Source: Phycisphaerae bacterium
GTDB lineage: Bacteria; Planctomycetota; Phycisphaerae; Phycisphaerales; SM1A02
Length of the DNA stretch: 64,000 nucleotides
Direction of reading: 5' to 3'
NCBI GenBank assembly: GCA_016795065.1
Contig: JAEUIU010000062.1
Location: 35,712 to 99,711, forward strand
The notes under the pieces were generated by a model that did not search any database, was not told the origin of the DNA, and saw only the letters and a program-made list of their open reading frames with translations. The translations under genes were made by a program, and so were the position numbers. Positions 9,479-18,629 of this stretch are shown here, in pieces. How positions within the stretch are numbered: position 1 is the first letter of the stretch; the number at the start of each line of letters is the position of its first letter.

Positions 9479-10031
9479 CGAAGTAGATGCTCAGCACGAA
9501 CTCCGCCTTCATGGTGCCCGGCTCCGCTGGCTTGTCGTCGCCGCGCGAGGGCTCGAGCCGACTCATCTTGAGTTGGTGAATTCGGGTGATGCGGGGCAGC
9601 GATTCGATGCCCAGCAGGAACTTGTAGAAGCCGCGGAAGTCGCCCTCGACGGTCGTGCGCAGAGGCAGCTCCATGGCCATCGCGGCCGGGACCGCCTTCT
9701 CGCCCTTGATCGAACGGACGAGCAGCTTGTTGTCCTGGGCGATCTGGGTGATCTGCCCGAGGATGGCATCGACGCCCTCCTGATCGGGGAGCTTCTCCTC
9801 AAGACGACGGATCGAGTCCGCCCACTGCACGATCTCCTTGTCGAGATCGGGAATGCGCGAGGTGAGCTTCCGAAGCTCGGCCAGGCGGGTTTCCTTCTGT
9901 GAGATCTCCGACTTCGCCGAGCGGATCTGCCCGTTTCGCGGCGAGAAGACGAAGAAGTAGCTCGCGATCGGAACGGCCAGAAGGACGCCCATGAAGATCA
10001 ATTCGCGCATGCCGAAACGAAACTGGTTCAT
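9408..10031 (-). CDS. pilO: Type IV pilus assembly protein PilO
   Basis: N-terminal TM (ELIFMGVLLAVPIASYFFVF), a coiled coil, and a C-terminal ferredoxin-like part (DFRGFYKFLLGIESLPRITRI). 4-nt ATGA overlap with the upstream pilN-like gene. Confidence 0.7.
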   Translation of the reverse strand: MNQFRFGMRELIFMGVLLAVPIASYFFVFSPRNGQIRSAKSEISQKETRLAELRKLTSRIPDLDKEIVQWADSIRRLEEKLPDQEGVDAILGQITQIAQDNKLLVRSIKGEKAVPAAMAMELPLRTTVEGDFRGFYKFLLGIESLPRITRIHQLKMSRLEPSRGDDKPAEPGTMKAEFVLSIYFDAGDQPQFETIGGKRDTQTRKRS

Positions 10032-10906
10032 CGGTTGCCCTCCTCGCCGGCCACTCCTTCAGGGGCGCTCGGCATCTCTTCAGGTCCCGGCTCCTGTTCG
10101 GTCACGCTGGCCTGGGTCGACGGCGTGAAACGGACCGTCTCGCCCATCGGATCTGCGTTCAGCGGGACCACCTTGCCGAGCTCGCGAAGATCCGCGTCCG
10201 GCTCGATGCGCATCGAGATCTTGAACTGCCGCACGATCATGCCGTCGACTTCCTTCTCCTCGGTCGTCTCGAGGCGGACGCCCTTGAAGACCGAGATGGC
10301 AGAGAGCGCGTTCATGTAGCGGGAGACGTCGAGGTCGGTCGGGGCGACGCCGGTCATGGAGATCGCGATGAGGTACTTGACCGGCTCCTGCTTCGGCGGC
10401 TCGGGCTCGCCCTTGCTGTCCTTGCTTGCGGAGCGATCGGCCTCGGACTTGGTCTTGCCTCGGTTGGCCACGGCCGGCGCGCTGGCCGCCTTCTTGCCGT
10501 CGCCGTCCTTCTCGTCCTTGCGCTTCGGAGCCTTGATCTCCTGGCTCTTCAGGTCGAAGTCGAGCAAGCTCAGCCGTTCGGGCATGGCGTTGACCAGGAG
10601 GGCCAACAGCACGGAACGCGGCACGGGCTCGATGAGGGTCATCGCGAGGTTGGCCTTGTCGACCATGAGCACCCGCTTCTTGTCCAACTCCTGCATCTTG
10701 CGGATGTCGTCGGCGGCCCGTTCGGTTTCGCCGTGCACGCGAATCTGCTCGCGCCGAACTTGCGTCCACTGCTGGTTGGTGACGAGGAACGCGCCGAAGA
10801 CGGCGGTCATTACCACCCCGAACAGCACAAGGCTGACGAGGTTCGTGCGCCGCTCGGCGGCCTGCACGATGTAGTCCTCTGGAAGAAAGCTGTTGTTGGT
10901 GCTCAT
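10028..10906 (-). CDS. pilN: PilN-like fimbrial assembly protein with Lys/Glu-rich insertion
   Basis: Conserved N-terminal peptide + TM (NLVSLVLFGVVMTAVFGAFLV), a coiled coil, and its position between pilM and pilO. Longer (292 aa) than typical PilN. Confidence 0.6.
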   Translation of the reverse strand: MSTNNSFLPEDYIVQAAERRTNLVSLVLFGVVMTAVFGAFLVTNQQWTQVRREQIRVHGETERAADDIRKMQELDKKRVLMVDKANLAMTLIEPVPRSVLLALLVNAMPERLSLLDFDLKSQEIKAPKRKDEKDGDGKKAASAPAVANRGKTKSEADRSASKDSKGEPEPPKQEPVKYLIAISMTGVAPTDLDVSRYMNALSAISVFKGVRLETTEEKEVDGMIVRQFKISMRIEPDADLRELGKVVPLNADPMGETVRFTPSTQASVTEQEPGPEEMPSAPEGVAGEEGNR

Positions 10907-10935
10907 GCGAGTCCTCTGTCCTCGTACCGGTTCAA

Positions 10936-12192
10936 TCAGAGATCAAGGGGGGCCGACGCAAGGCCGCAAACGACGGCCCATGAGGGATGCGAGAGGCCCG
11001 AATCGGGCAATCCCGCTGGCGGGGTCGGGCCGAGGAGCCGCGAGAGCGGATCGCCCGACTTGGCCGCGGTGTGCAGCGACTCGGCAAGGAACTGGCAGAG
11101 GCCGATCTGTCGGGCCTCTCCGCCGAGGAAAACGACCCGATCGATGGCCCGACCGGGGAAGCAGGCGGTGTGATAGCGCACGCACATCGAGAGCTCGTCG
11201 GCGAGGCTCTCAAGGAGCTCGCCATAGTCGCCCGATGCTTGCGGCTGGCTTCCGGTGGTCGGCACCGACTGGCCGAGGGCCTTCGGTTCGGCGCTGATGT
11301 CGCGGCGATCGTCCTCAAGAGCCACCTCGGCGTGGACCGACTCGAGCCGCGCATCGGCTTGGGCCTGGGCCATGCCAGCGCTGAGGATGGCGAGGCCGCC
11401 CTCGCTCGAAGACTGCTTCTGTTGCGTTTGGGCAGGCGCCTGTCGCAGCGGCAGGAGGTCCTCGGACATGCGGCGCATGCGGGCGGCCGTCAGGTCACAC
11501 TTGAACATCTGAGCCACGGTCTGGTCGAAGTGACGGCCGCCGATCGCGATGCACTTGGCGAAGACGAGTCGGGTGCCGTGGCCGATCGCGACTTTGGTCG
11601 AACCCCAACCGAGGTCAACGTAGAGCGTCGAGACGTTCTCATCGCCGTTACGGCGGTTGATGTGGTCGAAGGCGTGGAGCATCGCCTGCACTTCGTTGTG
11701 CACGGCAACGACCTGCATGCGCATCCGCTTGAAAAGGTCGACGTAGCGCATGACATCGTCGCGGGCGATCGCAAAGGCAATGTGCTCCGACTTGCCGCCG
11801 GCGTTGGGCGTGTCATGCATCGGCTCGCTACGGATGACGACTCCCGAGGTGTCGATGTTGAGCTGGGCGGCGAGCTGGGCCCTAATCGCGTCGACCGGCG
11901 ATTCACCACTGCCGATCTGCATGTGTTGAACGAGCATCTGGCCGCTCATCGGACTGACGACGACGCGCTTGCCCTTGAACCCGTTCTCGCTGATGACCTT
12001 GGGAAGTTCCTTGGCGAAGTACTCGAACTTGCGCTCAATGGTCTGTCCGCGCAGGTCATCCGGGAGCATGAGCTCCGCGGCCGCGGTGGCCGTAGGTTTC
12101 TCGCCGGACGAGACTTGGAGCAACTTCACCGACGCGCTGCCGAAGTCGGCAAGGATCGGTGAGGCCTGCTTGGAGAACATTGAGAACACCAT
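10936..12192 (-). CDS. pilM: Type IV pilus assembly protein PilM (actin-like ATPase fold)
   Basis: ADFGSASVKLLQV start, YVDLGWGSTKVAI, GGRHF and VVFLGGEA motifs typical of PilM/FtsA-like proteins. Confidence 0.8.
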   Translation of the reverse strand: MVFSMFSKQASPILADFGSASVKLLQVSSGEKPTATAAAELMLPDDLRGQTIERKFEYFAKELPKVISENGFKGKRVVVSPMSGQMLVQHMQIGSGESPVDAIRAQLAAQLNIDTSGVVIRSEPMHDTPNAGGKSEHIAFAIARDDVMRYVDLFKRMRMQVVAVHNEVQAMLHAFDHINRRNGDENVSTLYVDLGWGSTKVAIGHGTRLVFAKCIAIGGRHFDQTVAQMFKCDLTAARMRRMSEDLLPLRQAPAQTQQKQSSSEGGLAILSAGMAQAQADARLESVHAEVALEDDRRDISAEPKALGQSVPTTGSQPQASGDYGELLESLADELSMCVRYHTACFPGRAIDRVVFLGGEARQIGLCQFLAESLHTAAKSGDPLSRLLGPTPPAGLPDSGLSHPSWAVVCGLASAPLDL

Positions 12193-12313
12193 GCCGCCTC
12201 CGCGCCGTAAAACGAGATCCTCACCAACGAGGATCCGGTACGGCTCGTCATCGACGTGATGCGGTCGTCAATTCAGGGCGTGCTTTCCGTCCGGCCTGTC
12301 TGCCATGGTTGAC

Positions 12314-12336
12314 CGTGCGCTCTGGGCAAGCGCACG
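12314..12336 (-). terminator. Possible hairpin terminator after hisS
   Basis: 8-bp stem cgtgcgct/agcgcacg with a 7-nt loop, starting 2 nt after the hisS stop. No clear U-tract. Confidence 0.3.
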
Positions 12337-12337
12337 C

Positions 12338-13663
12338 TTATCGAGCCTGCCGGAGCAGTCCGCACAGGTCGTCCAGTCGTATGTCGGACTGGGTTCCGCC
12401 GGCGAGGTCCTTGAGGGTGACGAGGCCGTCGTTGAGCTTGTCGTCGAGGATCACGGCGAAGCGGGCCCGCACCTTCGCGGCGTCGGAGAGCAGCTTGCCG
12501 ATGTTCCGGGTTTGCTTGTAGCTCTGGCGGGCGTGCACGCCGGCGCGGCGCAGCGAGCCGAGAACCTCGGGTAGCGTTCGTTCGGCGATCTCGCTGCCGT
12601 TACTGAGAAGGAACGCGTCCGGACGCGGTAGCAGTTCCTCGGCCTTGAGAAGTCCGCGGTCGGCCAGGACCAGCGACAAGACGACATCGCCCATGCCAAA
12701 GCCGCACGCGGGCATCTTCGGACCCCCGAAGAGTTCAACGAGCGAGTCGTAACGACCGCCGCCCGCGACGGCACGCTCGGCGCCGGTCGCCTCGTGGATC
12801 TCGAAGACGGTGCCCGTGTAATAGGCGAGTCCGCGGACGATGCCGAGGTCCCACGAGCACCACTCGGCCAGACCGACGGAGGTGAGTCGTTCGCGAAGGG
12901 AAGCGAGGGCCTCGATGTCCGAGTCCTGGGCCTCGACCGCGGCGGTCAGGTCGGCGACGGAACTCGACACCGGCAGCTTCGTACGGGCAACGCGATCGAA
13001 GCGATCGGTGGCCTCGGGCGACAGGCCAAGCCCCGCCGCCCGCTTGGCAAACTCCTCGGCCGGAAGCTTGTCGCGACGATCGAGCAGTTCAAACGCCGGA
13101 CCGACGCCCTCATCGGAAACGCCGAGCCGCCTAAGCAGGCTGCCCATCGCCACGCGATGACTGATCCGCACCTGCACATCCGTCGGCTTGAGTCCCAGAC
13201 GCTCGAGCGCCAGCACCGCCACCGAAATGACCTCCACATCGGCCGCCGCGCCGTCGACACCGATCAGGTCGACGTTCCACTGCTGGAACTCGCGCAGCCG
13301 ACCACGCTGCGGGCGCTCGGCGCGGAACATGCTCGGCATGCAGAACCACTTGATCGGCATCGGGAGCTGAGCGCCCTTGGCCGCGACCATGCGGGCAAGG
13401 GTCGGGGTGAACTCCGGCCGCAGCGCGTAGGTCGACTCGCCGCCAGCGCGGGTGAAGGAGAAGAGCTCGTTGACGATGCCCTCGCCGCTCTTGATCGTGT
13501 AGAGCTCAAGGTGCTCGAACGTCGGGCCGTCGATCTCGTCGAAACCGCAGTCGATCGACGCCGAGCGCCACGCTGACTCGACGTGCCGCCGGGCGGCCAT
13601 CTCGACGGGGTAGAAGTCGCGGGTGCCCTTTGGATTCTGGATCTTCTGCGATGCGTTGGCCAT
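12338..13663 (-). CDS. hisS: Histidine--tRNA ligase
   Basis: Class II aaRS HisRS motifs (KGTRDFYP, FRAERPQRGRLREFQQWNVD, GGGRYD) and a C-terminal anticodon-binding domain. Confidence 0.92.
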   Translation of the reverse strand: MANASQKIQNPKGTRDFYPVEMAARRHVESAWRSASIDCGFDEIDGPTFEHLELYTIKSGEGIVNELFSFTRAGGESTYALRPEFTPTLARMVAAKGAQLPMPIKWFCMPSMFRAERPQRGRLREFQQWNVDLIGVDGAAADVEVISVAVLALERLGLKPTDVQVRISHRVAMGSLLRRLGVSDEGVGPAFELLDRRDKLPAEEFAKRAAGLGLSPEATDRFDRVARTKLPVSSSVADLTAAVEAQDSDIEALASLRERLTSVGLAEWCSWDLGIVRGLAYYTGTVFEIHEATGAERAVAGGGRYDSLVELFGGPKMPACGFGMGDVVLSLVLADRGLLKAEELLPRPDAFLLSNGSEIAERTLPEVLGSLRRAGVHARQSYKQTRNIGKLLSDAAKVRARFAVILDDKLNDGLVTLKDLAGGTQSDIRLDDLCGLLRQAR

Positions 13664-13696
13664 GAGTGCGCCTTGAAGCGAAACGGCGATTCTACG

Positions 13697-14338
13697 TCAA
13701 GACTCGCGAGGGCCTTCGATCATCGCTCCGCACTCCGGACATCGCGTCGCGCCAGCAAGAAGGTGGCCGCATTCGATGCAGGCTCCGGCCCGTCGCCGCC
13801 AGCGCTGTCGCCATTCACCAAGCACCGTCAGCCCGATTCCGAACGCCACCGTCAGAAAAGCGAGGTTTCCGAGCAACTGGGCCGGGCGAATGCCTATCGG
13901 GACGCCACCGAACCCGGCACCGAAGAACGCCGGAAACCGATCGACCTCGACTCGCACCGTGCCCCGCGACCAGTAGGACATCTCAAACGAGCGCAACGGC
14001 CAACCAACCCGGAGTCGCCAGCAGGACACCACTTCCTCCGGGTCGAGGAATCCCCCGCCCGCCGACATCGGCCCCAGGGTGAAGGTCCGCTCGTCGGACC
14101 ATGCCGAACTGTCCCCCAGCGCCCCATCCGGTGTCCATCGGGCGACCCCGATCTCCCGGCCGCGCCGGGCGAATGTCTCGGGCATGGTCTCGACAATCCA
14201 TGCCTCATCGTCGGGCCCGGCGGTGAGAAACCCGAGCGATCCTGACGGTCCGTTCATGACGCCAACCGCCGCCAGCGCGCAGGTCACGAGCACCGACAGG
14301 AGGAACGCGACCATCCACGACGCCCTGACATGAATCAT
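13697..14338 (-). CDS. Membrane protein with C-terminal zinc ribbon (C-x2-C ... RCPECG), paralog of the upstream gene
   Basis: N-terminal TM (WMVAFLLSVLVTCALAAV), a second TM (LLGNLAFLTVAFGIGLTVL), then RRRAGACIECGHLLAGATRCPECGAMI. ATG 14338 forms an ATGA overlap with the stop of 14335..14991. Confidence 0.55.
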   Translation of the reverse strand: MIHVRASWMVAFLLSVLVTCALAAVGVMNGPSGSLGFLTAGPDDEAWIVETMPETFARRGREIGVARWTPDGALGDSSAWSDERTFTLGPMSAGGGFLDPEEVVSCWRLRVGWPLRSFEMSYWSRGTVRVEVDRFPAFFGAGFGGVPIGIRPAQLLGNLAFLTVAFGIGLTVLGEWRQRWRRRAGACIECGHLLAGATRCPECGAMIEGPRES

Positions 14339-14991
14339 GACAAGGACGCTCCACACTCGGGGCAGCGGGTCGCGCCGCGCAGGGGGTGGGCGCACGACGG
14401 GCAGACACCGCGGCGCCGACGGGCGATGCGCTCAGCGAAGCGCGGCGTGAGCGCGAGTGTCGCCAGTGTCAGGGCGATGATCGCCGCATCTGCGAGAAAT
14501 GGCAGCGGCTGGATCCCGAGCGGGACGAGCGTCGACCGTCCGCTTGGTGAGTCGACCCGCACAAGTCGGTCCTGGATCGCCTCGTGCCGCCCTGGTACCC
14601 AGGTGGCCCCTTCGATACAGAGAATCGGCCACCCCCGGCGGACGCGCTCGACCACGATGGTCGTTTCAGCCCGATCGCGCTCGATCGTGCCGTCACCGAG
14701 TGTGCGCCACAGCTCAAAGGTCGCCCGCTCCTCGCCGATTCTCGCGGTGAGCAACTGCCGCCCGTTCATCCGCCAACCGGTATCCGGTTCGTCCATTGAT
14801 ACCGCCTCGTGCACCGCGATCGGCAGGTGGAGATTCATCCAACTGATGTCTTTGGACAGGTCGATCTTCCGCGAGAACGGAAGGGGCTCGTCGGGCACGA
14901 GATCGCGCCCTGCCGCCAAGAGCAGGACGATCATCCCGCCTGCGGCCCACCAGGCCGTGGCGGTGATCAGGATCCGAACGGTTCGTCGCAC
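14335..14991 (-). CDS. Membrane protein with C-terminal zinc ribbon (C-x2-C ... RCPECG)
   Basis: Same architecture as 13697..14338: TM (WWAAGGMIVLLLAA), an extracytoplasmic domain with GWP, a second TM (FLADAAIIALTLATLAL), then RRRRGVCPSCAHPLRGATRCPECGASLS. Confidence 0.55.
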   Translation of the reverse strand: MRRTVRILITATAWWAAGGMIVLLLAAGRDLVPDEPLPFSRKIDLSKDISWMNLHLPIAVHEAVSMDEPDTGWRMNGRQLLTARIGEERATFELWRTLGDGTIERDRAETTIVVERVRRGWPILCIEGATWVPGRHEAIQDRLVRVDSPSGRSTLVPLGIQPLPFLADAAIIALTLATLALTPRFAERIARRRRGVCPSCAHPLRGATRCPECGASLS

Positions 14992-15032
14992 GCGAACAGG
15001 GTATCGACGCGATCGGTCTTACGTCCGCTCGT

Positions 15033-18000
15033 TCAGCCTCCAGCGGCCTTGAGCGGCGTGGGTGGCACCGGCGGAATGTCCCGCGGATCGTTCTTGATGA
15101 GCTGCTGCAGGTGCTCGATCGCCGCCTTCAGTTGGGCGTCCTCGCCGTTGAAGGTGGCGTGCGGGAGGTTGTCGATCACGACGTCCGGTTCGACGCCGCG
15201 GCCCTCAATGAGCCAGACACCGTCGTCGTCGAAAACGCCATACTCGCCAGCCGAGACGAGCCCGCCATCCACGAGCGTGTTGCTCGAACTGAGCCAGATC
15301 TCGCCGCCCCAGGTCCGCATGCCCATGACCTTACCCAGGCCCAGCCGACGGAAGCCCTCGCTGAAGGCCTCGCCGTCGGAGGCTGTTCGCTCGTTGCAGA
15401 GGACGACCATGTGCCCGCGGAAGGCGTACTGCATGTTCCAGTTCGGGGCCCGGCCCGCGTGCTGGTTCCAGTACATCCATGCCTTTCGCATCAGGCGGCT
15501 GAGGACCCAACTGTCGATGTTGCCGCCGCGGTTGTGACGAACGTCGATGATGAGTCCGCGCCGGTTGAAGACCGGATAGAAGTCGCGCACGAAATCGGCC
15601 ATGTCCTCGCCGCCCATGGCCCGCAGGTGAACGTAGCCGATGTCACCGTTGGATTGGCGTTCGACCTCGCGTCGCCTGGTCACCTCCCAGCTTCGATAAC
15701 GCAACGCCGCGTCCGCTTGGCTCGTCATCGGTCGCACGATCACCTCGCGCGGCTCGGCGGAACCCTTCGGACGCACGCTGAGGAGTGTCTGTCGGCCGGC
15801 CTTGTTGCGCAGGAGGACCGACGGGTGCGGCACCGAGAGCGTCGGCGTTCCGTCGATGGCGACGACGACATCGCCGACCTCAACGCGAACCGTGGGAGCG
15901 ATGAGCGGAGATCGCATGGTCGGCTCGTCAGGGTCGCTCTCCGGAATGGAGGTGACCCGCCAGCCGCCTAACGATTCGTCACGCTCGAGTTCAGCGCCAA
16001 GCGTCGCGATGCCCACCTTGTCCTGGCCGTCGCGCATGTCGCCGCCATTCACGAAGTGGTGAAGGGCAGAGAGTTCGCCGGTCATCTCCTGGAACACGTC
16101 GGCCAACTCCTCGCGGCTGCGCACGCGATCCACCCACGGCCGGTACTTGGCGAGCGTCTCCTTCCAGAGGACGCCGTGCATCTTGCGGTCGTAGAAGTAG
16201 TCGCGAAGGAGACGCCACGCGTCGACCATCATCGACTGCCATTCCTGCTGCGGCGTGATTGCAAGAGAAATGGCACCGAGGTCAATCCCGGCCTTCTCAA
16301 GCGTCGCCGGCACGGGCTTGGCGTCGATGACGTACCACGACTTCTCCTTCTGGACGAGGAGCTTCTTGCGGTCCGCCGAGAGTTCCATCGTCCGCACGCC
16401 GGCGAGCACGGTCTTGGGCTCGGGCTTTTCGTTGCCGATGGCCAGGCCCATCAGGTTGCCGCCGCCAGGCGCGTCCTCGTCGGGGAGGGCATCGGGGGTG
16501 AAGGCGATCCAGAAGATCGCGTCGTCGGTCACCACCAGGGGCGAACGACCGAAACTCGTCGCCTTGACCGGAAGCTGCTCGAGTCGCGTCGCGAGTCCCT
16601 CGGCCTCGATCTCGACCTTCGCTGGCGCCTTGTCGGCGCCCTTGCCGGCGTCGGCCTTCGATCCCTCGGGCTTCGCGGCCTCAACCTTCGCTGGACCGTC
16701 ACCTAACGATTCGCTCTTGCCGTCCGTCGCCGGAGGAGGGGTCGGCTTGTCCTTTTCCTTCTCCTTCTCGATCTTCTCCTGCTCCTTGCGACGCTTCTCC
16801 TCGGCCCGGAAGACCTCGTCGTCGGGCTGGAAGGGCGAACGCGCTCCAGGCTTCAGAGCAAGCTCGAATAGTCGACCAGTCTCGGCAAAGAACGGTTCCG
16901 GCGCACGCGGCCCCCACGGGCTTCCGACGAGCGATTCAAAGTTACGGTCCGAGACGAAGTAGAGGAACTTGCCGTCGACGCTCCACTGCGGTCGGTAGCT
17001 GTCGTAACGATCCGATGTGGCAACGAGCGCTGGTCCGCCCGCCACCGGCCAAAGGCGAATCTGCTGGTTCATGTTCGCGGCCTGCGAAACGTAGGCGAGC
17101 CACTGACTGTCGTGCGACCATGCGGTGTCGCCGATCTGCTCGACGGCGTTCTCTTCGACCAGCGTGTTCACGCCGCTCTCGACCTCAAGGACCCACAACC
17201 GCTGACGCTTGTCGGTATGGGCGATCCGCTTGCCGTCCGGCGATGGGATCGCCCGCCAACGGACGGTGTTGCTGTCGGTGGTCTTCCGCTGAGCTTCGCC
17301 AAGGCCGTTGGCGGGAAGCATGACGACCTCCAACTCGCCGCTCTCGTCGGAGACGGCAACCAGCGTGCTCCCGTCCGGCATGAAGCGGGCCTCGCGATAG
17401 CGGATGCCGCCGCGCCGGTCGGCGTCGACGGTGCGCCCCTGCTTGACCGGCACCACGAAGACACGGCCGCGGATGGTGAGCACGATGCGATCGCCGTCGG
17501 GCGAAAGATGGACGGAGTTGGCTTGCGTTGCGGGGTCCTTGAGCCAACGTTCGCGCAACTGGTCGAAGTCGGAAGCGAGGCGCACCTCGAGCTTCGCGTC
17601 GCTGCCCTTCACAAGGTCATGCACCCAGAGATCAGGTCCCAACTGGTAGACGACGCGCTGACCGTCGATCGCCGAGCTGCCGATGTCGAAGTCAGCATGC
17701 TTGGTGTGCTGGCGCAGATCCGTCCCGTCACGCCGCATCGACCAGAGGTTGAGCCTTCCGCTGCGGTCGGTGGTGAAGACGATTCGATCGCCCCAAGCCA
17801 GCGGTCGTCGGCTGGTGCCGTCGTAGTCAGCCGTCAGCGGCTTGGCCTCGTCCGCGGTCCCCGAGGCCCCGGCCGGCAGGTCGAAGGACCAGAGCTGCTG
17901 AGCGGTGCCACCTTGATAGCGATCGGTGTGGCTGCCTTGGAACTGCAGTCGGGTGAACGCCAAGTGCGTCGCATCGATGAAGGTCGCATCGGAGCACTGG

Positions 18001-18506
18001 GCAAGCGGAAGGACGGTTCGTTGGTCGGTCGCACAATCGTGACGCCAGACGCGGATCGCCGGTAGAGCGCTGCGGGCATCGGTTGCATAGAGGAGGGTCC
18101 CATCGGGCATCCAGCCGGTCATGCCGGCCCGGCCAGCGTCCCAGGTGCGACGCGTCGGCAGGCCGCCGTTGAGGGGCATCGTGTAGACCTCGCGCGGGCC
18201 CTCGTAGGTGGCCGTGAAGGCGACCATCGTGCCGTCTGGCGAGATCGACGGATCGCGTTCCTCGCCCGGATGCGACGTCAATCGCGAGGCGATTCCGCCT
18301 TCCGTGCCGACCCGCCAGAGGTCGCCTTCCGCGACGAAGACAATCGTCTGGCCGCGCATCGCCGGCATGCGGTAATACCCGAGCGATTGTTCGGTCGTCG
18401 GCGCATCGTCGACGGCGGACGCGTGCGGGATCGCGACGGCACCGGCCGTCACGGCGGGGCTGACCCAAAGGCACAACGAAAGACTGAGACCAAGCATCGG
18501 GTTCAT
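15033..18506 (-). CDS. Tricorn protease homolog (peptidase S41B) with beta-propellers, PDZ and a Lys/Glu-rich insertion
   Basis: Signal peptide, repeated propeller strands (SPDG..., FTTDRSG, FVSDRN), a PDZ-like segment, and an S41 catalytic region (DVRHNRGGNIDSW, CNERTASDGEAFSEGFR, RTWGGEIW). Confidence 0.85.
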   Translation of the reverse strand: MNPMLGLSLSLCLWVSPAVTAGAVAIPHASAVDDAPTTEQSLGYYRMPAMRGQTIVFVAEGDLWRVGTEGGIASRLTSHPGEERDPSISPDGTMVAFTATYEGPREVYTMPLNGGLPTRRTWDAGRAGMTGWMPDGTLLYATDARSALPAIRVWRHDCATDQRTVLPLAQCSDATFIDATHLAFTRLQFQGSHTDRYQGGTAQQLWSFDLPAGASGTADEAKPLTADYDGTSRRPLAWGDRIVFTTDRSGRLNLWSMRRDGTDLRQHTKHADFDIGSSAIDGQRVVYQLGPDLWVHDLVKGSDAKLEVRLASDFDQLRERWLKDPATQANSVHLSPDGDRIVLTIRGRVFVVPVKQGRTVDADRRGGIRYREARFMPDGSTLVAVSDESGELEVVMLPANGLGEAQRKTTDSNTVRWRAIPSPDGKRIAHTDKRQRLWVLEVESGVNTLVEENAVEQIGDTAWSHDSQWLAYVSQAANMNQQIRLWPVAGGPALVATSDRYDSYRPQWSVDGKFLYFVSDRNFESLVGSPWGPRAPEPFFAETGRLFELALKPGARSPFQPDDEVFRAEEKRRKEQEKIEKEKEKDKPTPPPATDGKSESLGDGPAKVEAAKPEGSKADAGKGADKAPAKVEIEAEGLATRLEQLPVKATSFGRSPLVVTDDAIFWIAFTPDALPDEDAPGGGNLMGLAIGNEKPEPKTVLAGVRTMELSADRKKLLVQKEKSWYVIDAKPVPATLEKAGIDLGAISLAITPQQEWQSMMVDAWRLLRDYFYDRKMHGVLWKETLAKYRPWVDRVRSREELADVFQEMTGELSALHHFVNGGDMRDGQDKVGIATLGAELERDESLGGWRVTSIPESDPDEPTMRSPLIAPTVRVEVGDVVVAIDGTPTLSVPHPSVLLRNKAGRQTLLSVRPKGSAEPREVIVRPMTSQADAALRYRSWEVTRRREVERQSNGDIGYVHLRAMGGEDMADFVRDFYPVFNRRGLIIDVRHNRGGNIDSWVLSRLMRKAWMYWNQHAGRAPNWNMQYAFRGHMVVLCNERTASDGEAFSEGFRRLGLGKVMGMRTWGGEIWLSSSNTLVDGGLVSAGEYGVFDDDGVWLIEGRGVEPDVVIDNLPHATFNGEDAQLKAAIEHLQQLIKNDPRDIPPVPPTPLKAAGG

Positions 18507-18629
18507 GAGTGCAGCCTACAGCGCTCGCTCCGTTCGGATGCGGCCGAACCGTCACTGGCTCCATTGGGCACGTGCCGTATACTCGGCTCGCACCTCGCCC
18601 CGGGGGAGGATGCAAGAGTCTTAGCTGCG

